Numbered from the stretch's first letter, positions 16,249 to 25,995 are shown. The stretch: 64,000 bases of DNA from Acidobacteriota bacterium (GCA_016871195.1 VFZN01000002.1:196690-260689); one strand, 5' to 3'. Translations and numbers: made by a program. Notes: generated by a model from the sequence alone, not told the origin.

Positions 16249-17517
16249 ATGCGACCGGCTTCCCGACTCTTCTGGCCCCTCTCCCTGATGCTCGCCGTCG
16301 GCGCCCTGCTGCCCCTCGGCGCTCAGGGCGATCTCAAGACGCGGGCCCTGGCCCTGCACCGCGAAGCACCGCTCGTGGACGGCCACAACGACTATCCGTG
16401 GGCGCTGCGCGAGATTGATCGCGGCGGCGATTTTTCCAGGGCCGACATTACCGGATCAGTGCCGCGGCTCATGACCGACATTCCGCGTCTCAGGGCGGGC
16501 GGCATGGGCGCACAGTTCTGGTCAGTCTACGTGCCCTCGACCATGCAGGCCACCGAGGCCGTGCGGGCGACGCTCGAGCAGATCGACATCGTGCACCGCA
16601 TGATGGCGCGCTGGCCCGACACATTTCAGCTGGCGCTGACGGCCGAGTCGGCCGAGCAGGCATTCAAGGCAGGACGTATCGGCTCGATGATGGGCATGGA
16701 AGGCGGGCACTCGATCGACAACTCGCTCGGCACGCTGCGGCAGATGTACGCGGCCGGCGCGCGCTACATGACGCTGACGCACTCGGACAATGTGCCGTGG
16801 GCCGATGCAGCCACCGCCGAGCCGAAGCTGGGCGGACTTTCGGCATTCGGCGAGGAAGTCGTGCGCGAGATGAACCGGCTCGGCATGCTGGTCGACCTCA
16901 GCCACGTGTCGCCCGACACCATGAAGGATGCGATCGCCGTCAGCGAAGCGCCCGTCATTTTTTCGCATTCCACGGCCCGGGCCCTCTGCAACGTGCCCCG
17001 CGCCGTACCGGACGATGTGCTGGCGCTGCTGCCGAAGAACGGCGGCGTGCTGATGGTGACCTTCGTGCCCGGTTTCATCTCCCAGAAGGTGGCTGACTGG
17101 AACCTGCTCTACTCGGCCCAGCAGCAGCTGATGCGTGCGCAGTTTCCCAGTAACAGCGCGTATGTCTCTGCCGGACTCGAGCGGTGGCGCAGCGAGCATC
17201 CCGAGCCGAGAGCCACGCTGTCAGAGGTGGCCGATCACATCGATCACATCAGGAAGGTGGCCGGCATCGACCACATCGGCCTCGGTGGCGACTTTGACGG
17301 CATCACCAGCGTCGTGCAGGGGCTCGAGGACGTGGCGACCTATCCGGCGCTCACCGCCGAACTGCTGCGGCGTGGCTACAGCGAGACAGACGTGAAAAAG
17401 ATTCTCGGGGGCAATGTGCTGCGGGCCTGGCGTCAGGCCGAGCAGGTCGCGACGCGCCTGCGCGCCTCGCGGGGGCCCTCGACGCGCACCATCGAGCAGA
17501 TGGACGGCCGCCGCTGA
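16249..17517 (+). CDS. Membrane (renal-type) dipeptidase, peptidase family M19, secreted
   Basis: The protein has a signal peptide. Motifs are VDGHNDYPWALRE, LTHSDN, DLSHVS and HIGLGGDFDG. Confidence 0.88.
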   Translation: MRPASRLFWPLSLMLAVGALLPLGAQGDLKTRALALHREAPLVDGHNDYPWALREIDRGGDFSRADITGSVPRLMTDIPRLRAGGMGAQFWSVYVPSTMQATEAVRATLEQIDIVHRMMARWPDTFQLALTAESAEQAFKAGRIGSMMGMEGGHSIDNSLGTLRQMYAAGARYMTLTHSDNVPWADAATAEPKLGGLSAFGEEVVREMNRLGMLVDLSHVSPDTMKDAIAVSEAPVIFSHSTARALCNVPRAVPDDVLALLPKNGGVLMVTFVPGFISQKVADWNLLYSAQQQLMRAQFPSNSAYVSAGLERWRSEHPEPRATLSEVADHIDHIRKVAGIDHIGLGGDFDGITSVVQGLEDVATYPALTAELLRRGYSETDVKKILGGNVLRAWRQAEQVATRLRASRGPSTRTIEQMDGRR

Positions 17518-17539
17518 CGGCCGTCCTCCCTCGCACCCG

Positions 17540-17563
17540 CATCAGCGCCGGATGGCGCTGATG
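17540..17563. terminator. Perfect 10-bp hairpin shared by convergent M19 and S12 genes; it overlaps the S12 stop codon
   Basis: CATCAGCGCC-GGAT-GGCGCTGATG. The S12 stop codon (17542-17544) lies inside the left arm. Confidence 0.5.
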
Positions 17564-18696
17564 ACGCGCTGCACGAACTCGGCTTCGTTGCCGCGATGCC
17601 AGCGCCACACGACCACCAGGTCGTGCTCGGGTGAAATCGTAATCGTGTTGCTGCCGGCCCCGCGCGCGCCGTATGCGGTGGTCGGCAACCCCGGATAGTT
17701 CTTCCCCTGCGTATTGAGCCACCAGAGATAGCCGTAGTCGGGCCCGTGAGCGCTGGGGGCCGTGGCCGCCTTCACAAATGCCTCGGGCAGCAGCTCGCGA
17801 GTGCCCCAGCGGCCGCCGCGCAGCCACAGGTAGCCGAAGCGCGCCATGTCCCACGAGTGAATCCAGACGCCACCGCCCCAGCGCGTGCCGCCGCTGACTG
17901 ACGGCATGCGGCGTCCGTCGATGGTCACGTAGCTGTTGTGGTACGGCACCCACTTCCAGTCGGTCGACGCGCCGATGGGCGTCATGATCTCGTCGCGGAA
18001 GACCTCGGGCACCGGCTTGCGGAACACGCGCAGCAGCGAGAGGCCGAGGCGGTTGATGCGCACGTCGTTGTATTCGTAGAACGTGCCCGGGCGCTGCAGC
18101 TCGCGCGGCTTCCGCTCGCCTTCGCCAAACGCCTCGCGCCCGACAAAGTCGTGCTTCTTGCCGAACAGCTCGCCTTCCCACTCGGTCTCCTGCTGCAGGT
18201 GCATCTTCCAGGTGACCTCGCTGTTGCGCGGCGAGTCATAGCCGCCGTCCTTCACCGTGGTCCCGACGCGGTCATCCACCGCGAGGCGGCCGTCGCGCAC
18301 GCCGAGGGCCGCGACCGTCGCCATCATGCTCTTGGCGACCGAGTAGGTCGGGTCGACGGCCGTGGTTTCACCGAACTCGGCCACCACATAGCCCTTGTAG
18401 ATGACCACGCCGTTGGTGGCCGCGCGACGGGTGGGCACCGAGCCCAGCAGCGAGCCGAAGATGCGTTCCTGATCCGAGAAGTCGAACTCGCGCGTCGACT
18501 CGCGGCTCTGCGCGAACGCCACGGCCTCGGCCAGCCGGGCCGGGTCCATGCCGAGCTCGGCCGGCGGCCTGCGGGCCCAGTCACCTTTGGGTGGAAAGTA
18601 CGTATCACCCTGGGCCGTGAGGGCAGCCGGCTGCAGGGCCAGCACCGCTGCCGCAAGCGCGGCCAGCACCGACAGACGAAGCAGTCGCAGTGTCAT
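17542..18696 (-). CDS. Secreted beta-lactamase-fold serine hydrolase (S12 family, class-C/D-aminopeptidase-like)
   Basis: Signal peptide MTLRLLRLSVLAALAAAVLA. The S-x-x-K motif is in DPTYSVAKSMMA. GAGAGGA lies upstream of the ATG. Confidence 0.75.
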   Translation of the reverse strand: MTLRLLRLSVLAALAAAVLALQPAALTAQGDTYFPPKGDWARRPPAELGMDPARLAEAVAFAQSRESTREFDFSDQERIFGSLLGSVPTRRAATNGVVIYKGYVVAEFGETTAVDPTYSVAKSMMATVAALGVRDGRLAVDDRVGTTVKDGGYDSPRNSEVTWKMHLQQETEWEGELFGKKHDFVGREAFGEGERKPRELQRPGTFYEYNDVRINRLGLSLLRVFRKPVPEVFRDEIMTPIGASTDWKWVPYHNSYVTIDGRRMPSVSGGTRWGGGVWIHSWDMARFGYLWLRGGRWGTRELLPEAFVKAATAPSAHGPDYGYLWWLNTQGKNYPGLPTTAYGARGAGSNTITISPEHDLVVVWRWHRGNEAEFVQRVISAIRR

Positions 18697-18721
18697 GGTG
18701 AGTGTGTCCTCTCGTGTGGTG

Positions 18722-21385
18722 TCAGTAACCCGGCCCCAGCAGCACGGCGTTCATGAACAGCAGCATGGTGCCCTCGCTGAATGCCCGATACGTGGCTTCT
18801 TCGGCAAAGCCGATGATATGCCCCTGGCCCAGCGGCTGATGCATGAGAAACGCCTTCTCGACCAGCAGGCCCTGATTTTCCGGCCAGATGAGCCCGGAGG
18901 CAATCAGCCTTTCGCGCGTGGCGTAGACCCCGACGTTACGGCCGCTGTCGAGCTTGAGCGGGGCGAACACGCGGCTGCCCTCGATCATGGCAGCGCCCTC
19001 GGCATCGTGGCCGGCCGACAGCCAGTGCTCGGTGTCGATGCGCACGCGTAGCAATGCGCCCGGCTGGGCATCGGGCCTCTCGCGATCGGGCTGGATGGCG
19101 GCGTCATAGTTGAACGCGGCCGGATCGGCTGGTTTCGCCGGTGTCTCGCGGCCTTGCCCGGCGGCGGCGACGTTTCCGGGCATGTCGAGATTGCCGTTCT
19201 TGAGCAGCGGCTTTGTCGACAGCAGCCCTACGCTCTCGGACGTGGCCCAGCGGGTGGCCTCGGCCAGCGTGATGAGCGTGCCGCCGCTGCGCACCCATTC
19301 GCGGATGCGCGCCAGCACCGCCTCGCCAATCGCACCGGAATAGTTGCCTGACGGCAGCACCAGCACGTCGACGTCGCTCCACACCACGCGGGCCAGGGCG
19401 CTGACGCGCACGGCCGTCACACGCTGCCCATAACGGCGTTCGAGCACATAGCGCGTCCAACCCGCTGACAGCGACTGCGTCGGCGCATCCCAGGCCAGCA
19501 CCACCCGGGGTGCCCGCAGCGCGGCCGTGTCGTTGCCGCCGAGCGAGACACCGCGGTCGATGAACGCCGAGTCGATGGGCACCACGTCGGCCCCGTGCCG
19601 GGTGGCCAGGCGCTGCAGCCGATCGTGCAGATCGGCGGGGTTGCCCGCGTGCCTCACAAGCGCTGTGCCGATCGGATAGGTGCGGCCCTGCAGTGTGAAG
19701 CTGCCGCCGATGCTCGTCACGCGCAGACCCTCGGCGAGGGCCTCGGCCGTCAGCGCGGCGGTGGCCGATCCCCACGGCAGCAGATACCCCACCTGTCCGC
19801 GCGCGAAGGTGCGCGGCGCGGGCGGTGCGTCGTAGGTGTCAAGCACGGGCGTCGTCGCCACGGTGAGGGGCACGGCACTGGTCACCACCTCGACGTCGTA
19901 CAGCAGCGGCAGGCTCCAGGCTGTGATGTCATAAATCTCATCGGGCAGCCGCCGCGCACGACGCGCCTCCTGTGCCTTCACGAAGGCCTCAGGCAGCGCC
20001 ACGGTGGTATCGAGCAGGTTCCGCACGAGACGACCTGCCGGCTGGGCATGCGCCACCACATAGGCGCCGGCCGGCACTTCTCTCGTCCCCACCTTCGTCG
20101 GCGCCGTGGTCTGCCGCACGGCAATACCCTGCGTGGCCAGATTACGGGCCAGCGCGGCAGCCCTCGATGGATCGTGCCCCGGCAGCAGCACATACTCGCG
20201 TGCCTGGCTCTGTTCGCCTTCGGTGATGGCCGTCTGCCGGAACTCGAGGAAGTTGCGCAGCAGCCGCTCGCGATTGCGCGCCGCAGTCCGGGCCGTGACG
20301 ATGGCGGCGTTGAAGTGGTGCATCACGCCGTCGCGATACGTCATCACCGTGCCGTCGCGACGCGCAAAGGCCAGCGCCCGCGCCGAGGGCTGCTCGTAGG
20401 TCATGCCGATGGACCCGTGCGCGGTCGGCCACGAGTCGCCATAGCCCGGATAGAACGCGTCGTAGACGTCGCGGATGTAATACGACCAGCCTCGCTGGTC
20501 GAACCGCTCGGCGTTGGCCCGCCCGAACATCTCGAGCGAGGCCAGTTGCGACCGTGTGATGTGCGGATTGATGGGGTCGGCCGGCGGGGGAAAGAAGTAA
20601 TGGTTGTCGCCCCCCTGCTCGTGCAGGTCGACGGTCACCTGCGGCCAGTACTCGCGCCCCACCCGCACGCGTCCGCGGCTCTCGGGTTGCGTCTGCGCGA
20701 ACCAGTCGCGGTTCATGTCGAACAGATAGTGGTTCGACCGGCCGCCGGGCCAGGGCTCGTCGTGCTCGGCGTTGTAGGGCACCGGATCGAGGTGGGCAGC
20801 GCGCCCCTGCAGGTTCTGGAAGAGGAAGCGCGCGCGGCCGTCGGGGTTCTGCATCGGATCGATGAGCAGCAGCGTCTCGCGCAGGATCAGGTCGACCTCG
20901 GCATCGCCGCGCGCAGCCAGCAGGTGATAGGCCTCGAGCAGGGCTGCATCGGCCGACGAGATTTCGTTGCCGTGCACCCCGTGCGCCAGCCACACGACCA
21001 CCGGGTTCTGCTGCACCAGCCGCTGCTGGTCCGGCGCAGACAGGCCACGAGGGTCGGCCAGTCGCTGCAGGTCGGCTTTCACGGCATCGAGCGCCGCCAT
21101 GCGGGCCGGCGAGCCCACAATCAGCAGCCACAGCGGACGCCCCTCCCAGCTGCGGGCGTACTCGACCAGCCGCGTGCGGGCCGGGTCGGCCTTCTGCAGG
21201 GCCTGCAGGTAGACGCCAATCTGTTCGGGTGTGGTGATCTCGGTGCCGGGGTCGTGCCCCACGATCTGCCGCAGGGTGGGAATCGCCGGATCGTAGGTGG
21301 CACCCGGCCAGAAGGGCTCGGGCGCGGGCTGGGCCGCCGCCGGGAGGGCCGACAGCAGTGTCAGGGTGAGCAGCCATGTGCGCAT
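18722..21385 (-). CDS. Secreted M14-family zinc carboxypeptidase with a long C-terminal extension
   Basis: ORF 18722..21478, trimmed to ATG 21385 (MRTWLLTLTLLSALPAAAQ signal peptide). The M14 HxxE block is WLAHGVHGNEISS. The downstream blocks NPDGR and DLHE are present. Confidence 0.82.
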   Translation of the reverse strand: MRTWLLTLTLLSALPAAAQPAPEPFWPGATYDPAIPTLRQIVGHDPGTEITTPEQIGVYLQALQKADPARTRLVEYARSWEGRPLWLLIVGSPARMAALDAVKADLQRLADPRGLSAPDQQRLVQQNPVVVWLAHGVHGNEISSADAALLEAYHLLAARGDAEVDLILRETLLLIDPMQNPDGRARFLFQNLQGRAAHLDPVPYNAEHDEPWPGGRSNHYLFDMNRDWFAQTQPESRGRVRVGREYWPQVTVDLHEQGGDNHYFFPPPADPINPHITRSQLASLEMFGRANAERFDQRGWSYYIRDVYDAFYPGYGDSWPTAHGSIGMTYEQPSARALAFARRDGTVMTYRDGVMHHFNAAIVTARTAARNRERLLRNFLEFRQTAITEGEQSQAREYVLLPGHDPSRAAALARNLATQGIAVRQTTAPTKVGTREVPAGAYVVAHAQPAGRLVRNLLDTTVALPEAFVKAQEARRARRLPDEIYDITAWSLPLLYDVEVVTSAVPLTVATTPVLDTYDAPPAPRTFARGQVGYLLPWGSATAALTAEALAEGLRVTSIGGSFTLQGRTYPIGTALVRHAGNPADLHDRLQRLATRHGADVVPIDSAFIDRGVSLGGNDTAALRAPRVVLAWDAPTQSLSAGWTRYVLERRYGQRVTAVRVSALARVVWSDVDVLVLPSGNYSGAIGEAVLARIREWVRSGGTLITLAEATRWATSESVGLLSTKPLLKNGNLDMPGNVAAAGQGRETPAKPADPAAFNYDAAIQPDRERPDAQPGALLRVRIDTEHWLSAGHDAEGAAMIEGSRVFAPLKLDSGRNVGVYATRERLIASGLIWPENQGLLVEKAFLMHQPLGQGHIIGFAEEATYRAFSEGTMLLFMNAVLLGPGY

Positions 21386-21480
21386 AGCGACTCTGAGCTT
21401 ACCGGATGTGCGGGGCGCACGCGGGGGCCGGGGTCGGAACGGCGGAGGCGTCGCCACGCCCTCTGGAATCCCGCCCAAAT

Positions 21481-21496
21481 GTCAAGTAGCCTTGAC
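21481..21496. promoter_or_regulatory. 16-bp palindrome GTCAAGTAGCCTTGAC followed by a T7 run, in the divergent M14 / TonB-receptor intergenic region (candidate operator)
   Basis: The 6-bp arms GTCAAG/CTTGAC are perfect and separated by 4 nt. TTTTTTT lies at 21503-21509. There is no co-oriented upstream gene for it to terminate. Confidence 0.3.
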
Positions 21497-21585
21497 GGAT
21501 CGTTTTTTTGAGACACAAGACGACTCGATGGTCGCCACGCGGTGGCGCCCACCGATGGACGTTCATGCTACTTGGGGAGGACAAC

Positions 21586-24351
21586 ATGACAGTGAGGTTC
21601 GTGAAGCGACTCGGGCTCGTCGCCATGCTGCTGGTGGCGCAGCTGGCCTGGGCCCAGCCGGCCCAGATCGGGACGATTGCCGGCACCGTGACCGACGAAA
21701 GCGGCGGCGTGCTGCCGGGGGTCACGGTCACCATCAGCGACACCCAGCGCGGCGTCACCCGGTCGGGCGTCACCGACACCAACGGCCGCTACCTCTTCGG
21801 CGCGGTGCCCATCGGCATCTACGCCGTGCAGGCGCAGCTGCAGGGCTTCGAGACCGTCCAGCGCACCGACAACCTGGTGGAGACCGAAAAGACCACCTCG
21901 GTTGACTTCGCGCTCAAGGTCGGCGCGCTCACCGACACCGTCCAGGTCGTCGGCGAAGTGCCCATCGTCGACATGACGAACGTCGCCAACAACTCCCGCA
22001 TCCGCAATGACCAGTTCGAAAAGCTGCCCATCGGCCGCAGCTACCAGTCGCTGATCGGCACGGTGCCCGGCGTGGTGGGTACGGGCAACGTCAATGCCCT
22101 GGGCGCACTGTCGAGCCAGAACCAGTTCCTCATCGACAGCGTCGACACCACCGACCCGACCACCGGCACATTCGGCACCAACCTCAACTTCGAGGCCATC
22201 CAGGAAGTGTCGGTCTCGACCTCGGGCGCATCGGCCGAATACGGTCGCGCCCAGGGTGCCATCGTCAATGTCGTGACCAAGTCGGGCACGAACCGATTTG
22301 AAGGGTCGGCCAAGTACATCATCGTCAACGACCAGTGGAACAAGCAGAACACCACCAAGAACCAGGTGAGCGGTGCCTCGCTTGAACGCATCAAGTTCGA
22401 CCAGGTGAACCCGGTCTACGCCCCGACCCTTGGGGGCCCCATCTGGAAGAACCATGCCTGGTTCTTCGGTGCCTTCGAGCGGCAGGAGAACACCACGCCG
22501 CGTCGTCAGACCGTCGGCCTCATCCCCGAGGACTATCAGCAGACCACGGAGGCCGGCTTCCTCAACGTCCGTGCCACCGTGCAGTTGAACTCGGCCAATA
22601 ACGTGTGGGTCAAGTACTATCGCGCCCCGACCAACGGCTTCATCATCGACTACTGGGGCGCCGCTGGTGAGCGGACAGCGCTCACACGCCAGAATCAGGG
22701 TGCCGCCAACTGGGCCGCGCAGTGGAGTGGCGTCATCCGCAACAACTGGACGATGGAGGCGGCTGCGGCCACCTACGAATCACGGATTGACGTCTTGCCC
22801 TTCGAGACCGGCCGGTTGTTCAGTGGTTCGCCGATTTTCAGCCTCGGCGACAATCGCTACTACAACGGGGCCACCTTCGACGGCTTCGTCTCGCGTCCCC
22901 GCCAGCAGGCCAACGCCGCCAGCACCTGGTTCTTCTCGCGCGGCCAGAGCAGCCACAACATCAAGCTCGGCGTCGACTTCCAGATGGTGGAGTCGGGTGC
23001 GCGGTTTGACTATCCCAACAAGCAGCTGTATCTCGTCGACGCCTTCAATCAGGCGACCGGCGCGATTGTGCCCTTCGCTCGCCGCGACTATGAGTCAGGT
23101 GACTCGACATCGACCGGACGCAATCTTGCCGTGTTCCTCCGCGATAAGTTTCAGGTGAACTCGCGCTTCTTCATCGAGGCCGGGCTGCGCTACGAAGCCC
23201 AGTCGGGCAAGAGCGACGTCGGTGCCATCACGGTGAATGCCCAGACCATCTCTCCCCGCCTGGCCAGCAGCTACGCGCTGACCGAGGACGGCCGCACCGT
23301 GGCACAGGCCAGCTATGGCCGCTACTACGTCGGCGTGGTGCAGAGCTTCTCTGACGGCTTCGCGGCCATTCCGCAGCAGACCAACTACAAGAACTATCTG
23401 TGGGACGGCTCGAACTATGTGTTTGCCAACGAGGTGCGTCTCGGCGCCTCCTCGTTCCTGCCCAACCCCGACCTGCGACCGTTTCACATGGACGAGTACA
23501 TGCTCGGCGTGCAGCGTCAGTTCGGCCGGACCCTGGCGGTCGGTGCCCGATTCATCTCGCGTGACTGGGCCAACCTGATCGACGACATCCGGACGTTCAA
23601 CCCCGACCGCAGCATCAAGCGGACCGTGCTCAACTACGAGCCTGCAGAGCGCTCGTATCGCGGCATCCAGTTCACCTTCGAGCGTCGCTTCGCGAATAAC
23701 TGGAGTGCGACGGCCAACTACACCTACTCGCGCACGCGGGGGAATCACTTCGGCACCACGTTCACCTCGCTGGGTGACTACCTGGATGCCGACTGCCGGA
23801 CCACGGTTGACACGACGATTGGCAATGGCGGCGTGATTCCGTGTGCCACGGTTCAGAACGGCGCCAACAAGTTCGGCCGCCCCGCCTATGACCGGCCGCA
23901 CAACCTCAAATTCCAGGGCGCGTATGTGAAGCCGCTCGGCCCGCTCAATCTGGTGCTGGGCGGTGTCACGGACATCATCTCCAAGGCCCGCTTCGAGAAG
24001 AGCCGCGCCGTCAATGTGCTGTTCCCCGGGACCACGACCAACGCCGGCCCCACCGCGACCTATTTCTACGAACCGCTCGGTACGGATGTGTTCGACGGTC
24101 TGCTCATAACCGCTGACCTGTCGGGCGAGCTGACCTGGCGCATTGCCCGCACATACCAGGCCGGCATCAAGGCCGAGGTGTTCAACGTGACCAACACCGA
24201 AACCCAAGTGGGCACGAGCAACACGGCGTGGTGCGGAACGACGGCCAACGCCACCTGCTCAACGGCAGTGGCCAACTACGGTAAGGCCACGGCGCGTGGG
24301 CAGTTCGTGCAGCCCACCAGCGTCCGGTTCTCGTTCATCGTCCGCTTCTGA
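21586..24351 (+). CDS. CarboxypepD_reg-fronted TonB-dependent-receptor-like outer-membrane beta-barrel protein
   Basis: ORF 21508..24351, trimmed to ATG 21586 (GGGGAGG 6 nt upstream). The signal peptide ends ...LAWAQPAQ. The CarboxypepD_reg block is GTIAGTVTDESGGVLPGVTVTISD...TDTNGRYLFGAVPIGIYAV. The C-terminus is SVRFSFIVRF. Confidence 0.85.
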   Translation: MTVRFVKRLGLVAMLLVAQLAWAQPAQIGTIAGTVTDESGGVLPGVTVTISDTQRGVTRSGVTDTNGRYLFGAVPIGIYAVQAQLQGFETVQRTDNLVETEKTTSVDFALKVGALTDTVQVVGEVPIVDMTNVANNSRIRNDQFEKLPIGRSYQSLIGTVPGVVGTGNVNALGALSSQNQFLIDSVDTTDPTTGTFGTNLNFEAIQEVSVSTSGASAEYGRAQGAIVNVVTKSGTNRFEGSAKYIIVNDQWNKQNTTKNQVSGASLERIKFDQVNPVYAPTLGGPIWKNHAWFFGAFERQENTTPRRQTVGLIPEDYQQTTEAGFLNVRATVQLNSANNVWVKYYRAPTNGFIIDYWGAAGERTALTRQNQGAANWAAQWSGVIRNNWTMEAAAATYESRIDVLPFETGRLFSGSPIFSLGDNRYYNGATFDGFVSRPRQQANAASTWFFSRGQSSHNIKLGVDFQMVESGARFDYPNKQLYLVDAFNQATGAIVPFARRDYESGDSTSTGRNLAVFLRDKFQVNSRFFIEAGLRYEAQSGKSDVGAITVNAQTISPRLASSYALTEDGRTVAQASYGRYYVGVVQSFSDGFAAIPQQTNYKNYLWDGSNYVFANEVRLGASSFLPNPDLRPFHMDEYMLGVQRQFGRTLAVGARFISRDWANLIDDIRTFNPDRSIKRTVLNYEPAERSYRGIQFTFERRFANNWSATANYTYSRTRGNHFGTTFTSLGDYLDADCRTTVDTTIGNGGVIPCATVQNGANKFGRPAYDRPHNLKFQGAYVKPLGPLNLVLGGVTDIISKARFEKSRAVNVLFPGTTTNAGPTATYFYEPLGTDVFDGLLITADLSGELTWRIARTYQAGIKAEVFNVTNTETQVGTSNTAWCGTTANATCSTAVANYGKATARGQFVQPTSVRFSFIVRF

Positions 24352-24365
24352 TGCGCAGGTGCGAT

Positions 24366-24392
24366 CCCGGCCCCTCCGACGGAGGGGTCGGG
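24366..24392. terminator. 12-bp GC hairpin after the receptor gene (convergent with the transporter gene)
   Basis: CCCGGCCCCTCC-GAC-GGAGGGGTCGGG, with one G-U wobble and a 3-nt loop. Confidence 0.45.
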
Positions 24393-24586
24393 GCCGCTCC
24401 CCCTTCCATCCTCCCCCGTCCAGCCTGACAGACCACCGCACGACTCAGCCGCCAGCGCGGTCAGGCGTGCGCACGCACGTCCCTCGATGCGCCGCAGCTG
24501 GCCCTGTGTGGTGACGCCACACCCTTGCCGGTCGGCATGGCCGGCCTGGTACCCCCCTTACGCCCCGCCGCTGAACCAGTCGCCCC

Positions 24587-25894
24587 TCACTGGCGGCCGC
24601 GCAGGGTCGCGTCGTGCTGCCGGCCCAGCTGCCACCCGCACACCGCCCACACCAGGGCAATACCGGCCCCGACCAGCGCAGGCGCCGACGGCGACGACAC
24701 CACCGCGTCGAGCGCCGTCTTGAACTGCGCGCCCACATAGTCGGCCGCACGGTAGACCGGCACGTCGATGAAGCTCTTGGCCTTGTACTTGGTCTCGGTG
24801 TCCATCGTGCTCCACAGCATTTCGCGCCCGGGACGGATGAACGCATATTCGCCGTAGCGCCGCATCACCAGCGACACCGCAATCACCGCGAACACGTGCG
24901 ACCCGGCCAGCATCAGAAATGCGCCGATCATCAGCACCGGCACAAACGTCAGCAGCGTCCCCACACCGAAGCGCGCCGCGATGGCCCCCGTCAGGAACAG
25001 CTGCGACACAATCGTCAGCGACTGCACCACAAAGTCGATCGTCGCAAACACCTCGGTACGCCGCGTCGTGTCGGGAAACGTGTCGCTCACAATCTGCAGC
25101 TGCTCGAAATACAGGAAGGTGTTGACCGCCGACAGCAGCATCACGAACACCGCAATGCCCAGCAGGTACGGCGACCGCAGCACGATGGGAATGCCCGCGA
25201 ACGGATTGCCGCCGAGCGCCGCATCCGGCGCCTGTGTCGCCGCCGCCGTCGATGCCGCCGCCGCCCTGATGCCGTCGCGGTCGCGCGTCCAGATGCGAAT
25301 CAGCACCATCTGGCACGCAATGGCCCCGACAAATCCGGCCGTCCCCAGATACAGCACGCCGGCATTGCCCAGCGCATTCACCACCAGCCGGGTCGTCAGC
25401 GGCCCTACCAGCGCCCCGAGCGTGCCACCGGCCGCGATGAATCCGAACAGCCGCGTCGCCTGATCGCTCGAGAACATCTCGAGCAGGAAGCTCCAGAACA
25501 CCGACACCAGCATCAGGTTGAGCACGCTGATCCACACGTAGAAGAACGCCCCCACCCCCACACTCGCCGAGTCGGTCTGCAGCACCGAGCCAATCGCTGC
25601 CAGGATGATCGCCACCGAGCCGTACACACCTGGCAGCAGCCGGCTGCGCCGCACCCGCGCCACCAGCCAGCCGAACACCGGCACAATGAGCATCGAGAAC
25701 AGCGCCGTGTAGAGCCACAGATCGGCCACGCGCTCGCGTCCCAGAATCGTCGCCACGGTCTCGCGCACCGGGCGCACCGCGAAATAGCTGCCCAGCACGA
25801 AGAAGAACAGCAGGAACGAGGCCAGCACCGCCGGCAGTTCGCGGGGTTCGATGCGGGCGACGCGAGAGAGTGCACGATGGAGCAGAGTCGGCAT
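24587..25894 (-). CDS. MFS-like transporter resembling the TLC / Npt ATP:ADP-antiporter family
   Basis: The N-terminus IEPRELPAVLASFLLFFFVLGSYFAVRPVRETV fits the TLC-family opening pattern (I...E..k.ll.f.yfF.il..Y.ilR.lkd.lv). About 12 hydrophobic segments follow. The assignment is from by-eye pattern recognition only. Confidence 0.6.
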   Translation of the reverse strand: MPTLLHRALSRVARIEPRELPAVLASFLLFFFVLGSYFAVRPVRETVATILGRERVADLWLYTALFSMLIVPVFGWLVARVRRSRLLPGVYGSVAIILAAIGSVLQTDSASVGVGAFFYVWISVLNLMLVSVFWSFLLEMFSSDQATRLFGFIAAGGTLGALVGPLTTRLVVNALGNAGVLYLGTAGFVGAIACQMVLIRIWTRDRDGIRAAAASTAAATQAPDAALGGNPFAGIPIVLRSPYLLGIAVFVMLLSAVNTFLYFEQLQIVSDTFPDTTRRTEVFATIDFVVQSLTIVSQLFLTGAIAARFGVGTLLTFVPVLMIGAFLMLAGSHVFAVIAVSLVMRRYGEYAFIRPGREMLWSTMDTETKYKAKSFIDVPVYRAADYVGAQFKTALDAVVSSPSAPALVGAGIALVWAVCGWQLGRQHDATLRGRQ

Positions 25895-25995
25895 GGCCAG
25901 TGGCCGCCATTATCCGCGAGTCGCTCCGTGAAGGGTGTAAAGTTTCCCGCAGGCGCCCGCGTCCGCCGCTGCCGCAGCTGTGCGATCATGCGCCC

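Noticed and set aside
21481-21509. The hairpin plus T7 run resembles an intrinsic terminator
   Set aside because: Both flanking genes are transcribed away from it and the stem is only 6 bp. It is kept only as a candidate operator or promoter element.
19595-21511. 638-aa plus-strand ORF antisense to the M14 carboxypeptidase; also 19104..19775 and 20142..21377 on the minus strand in other frames
   Set aside because: They have no recognisable motifs. The M14 frame has a signal peptide, an HxxE block and coherent composition.
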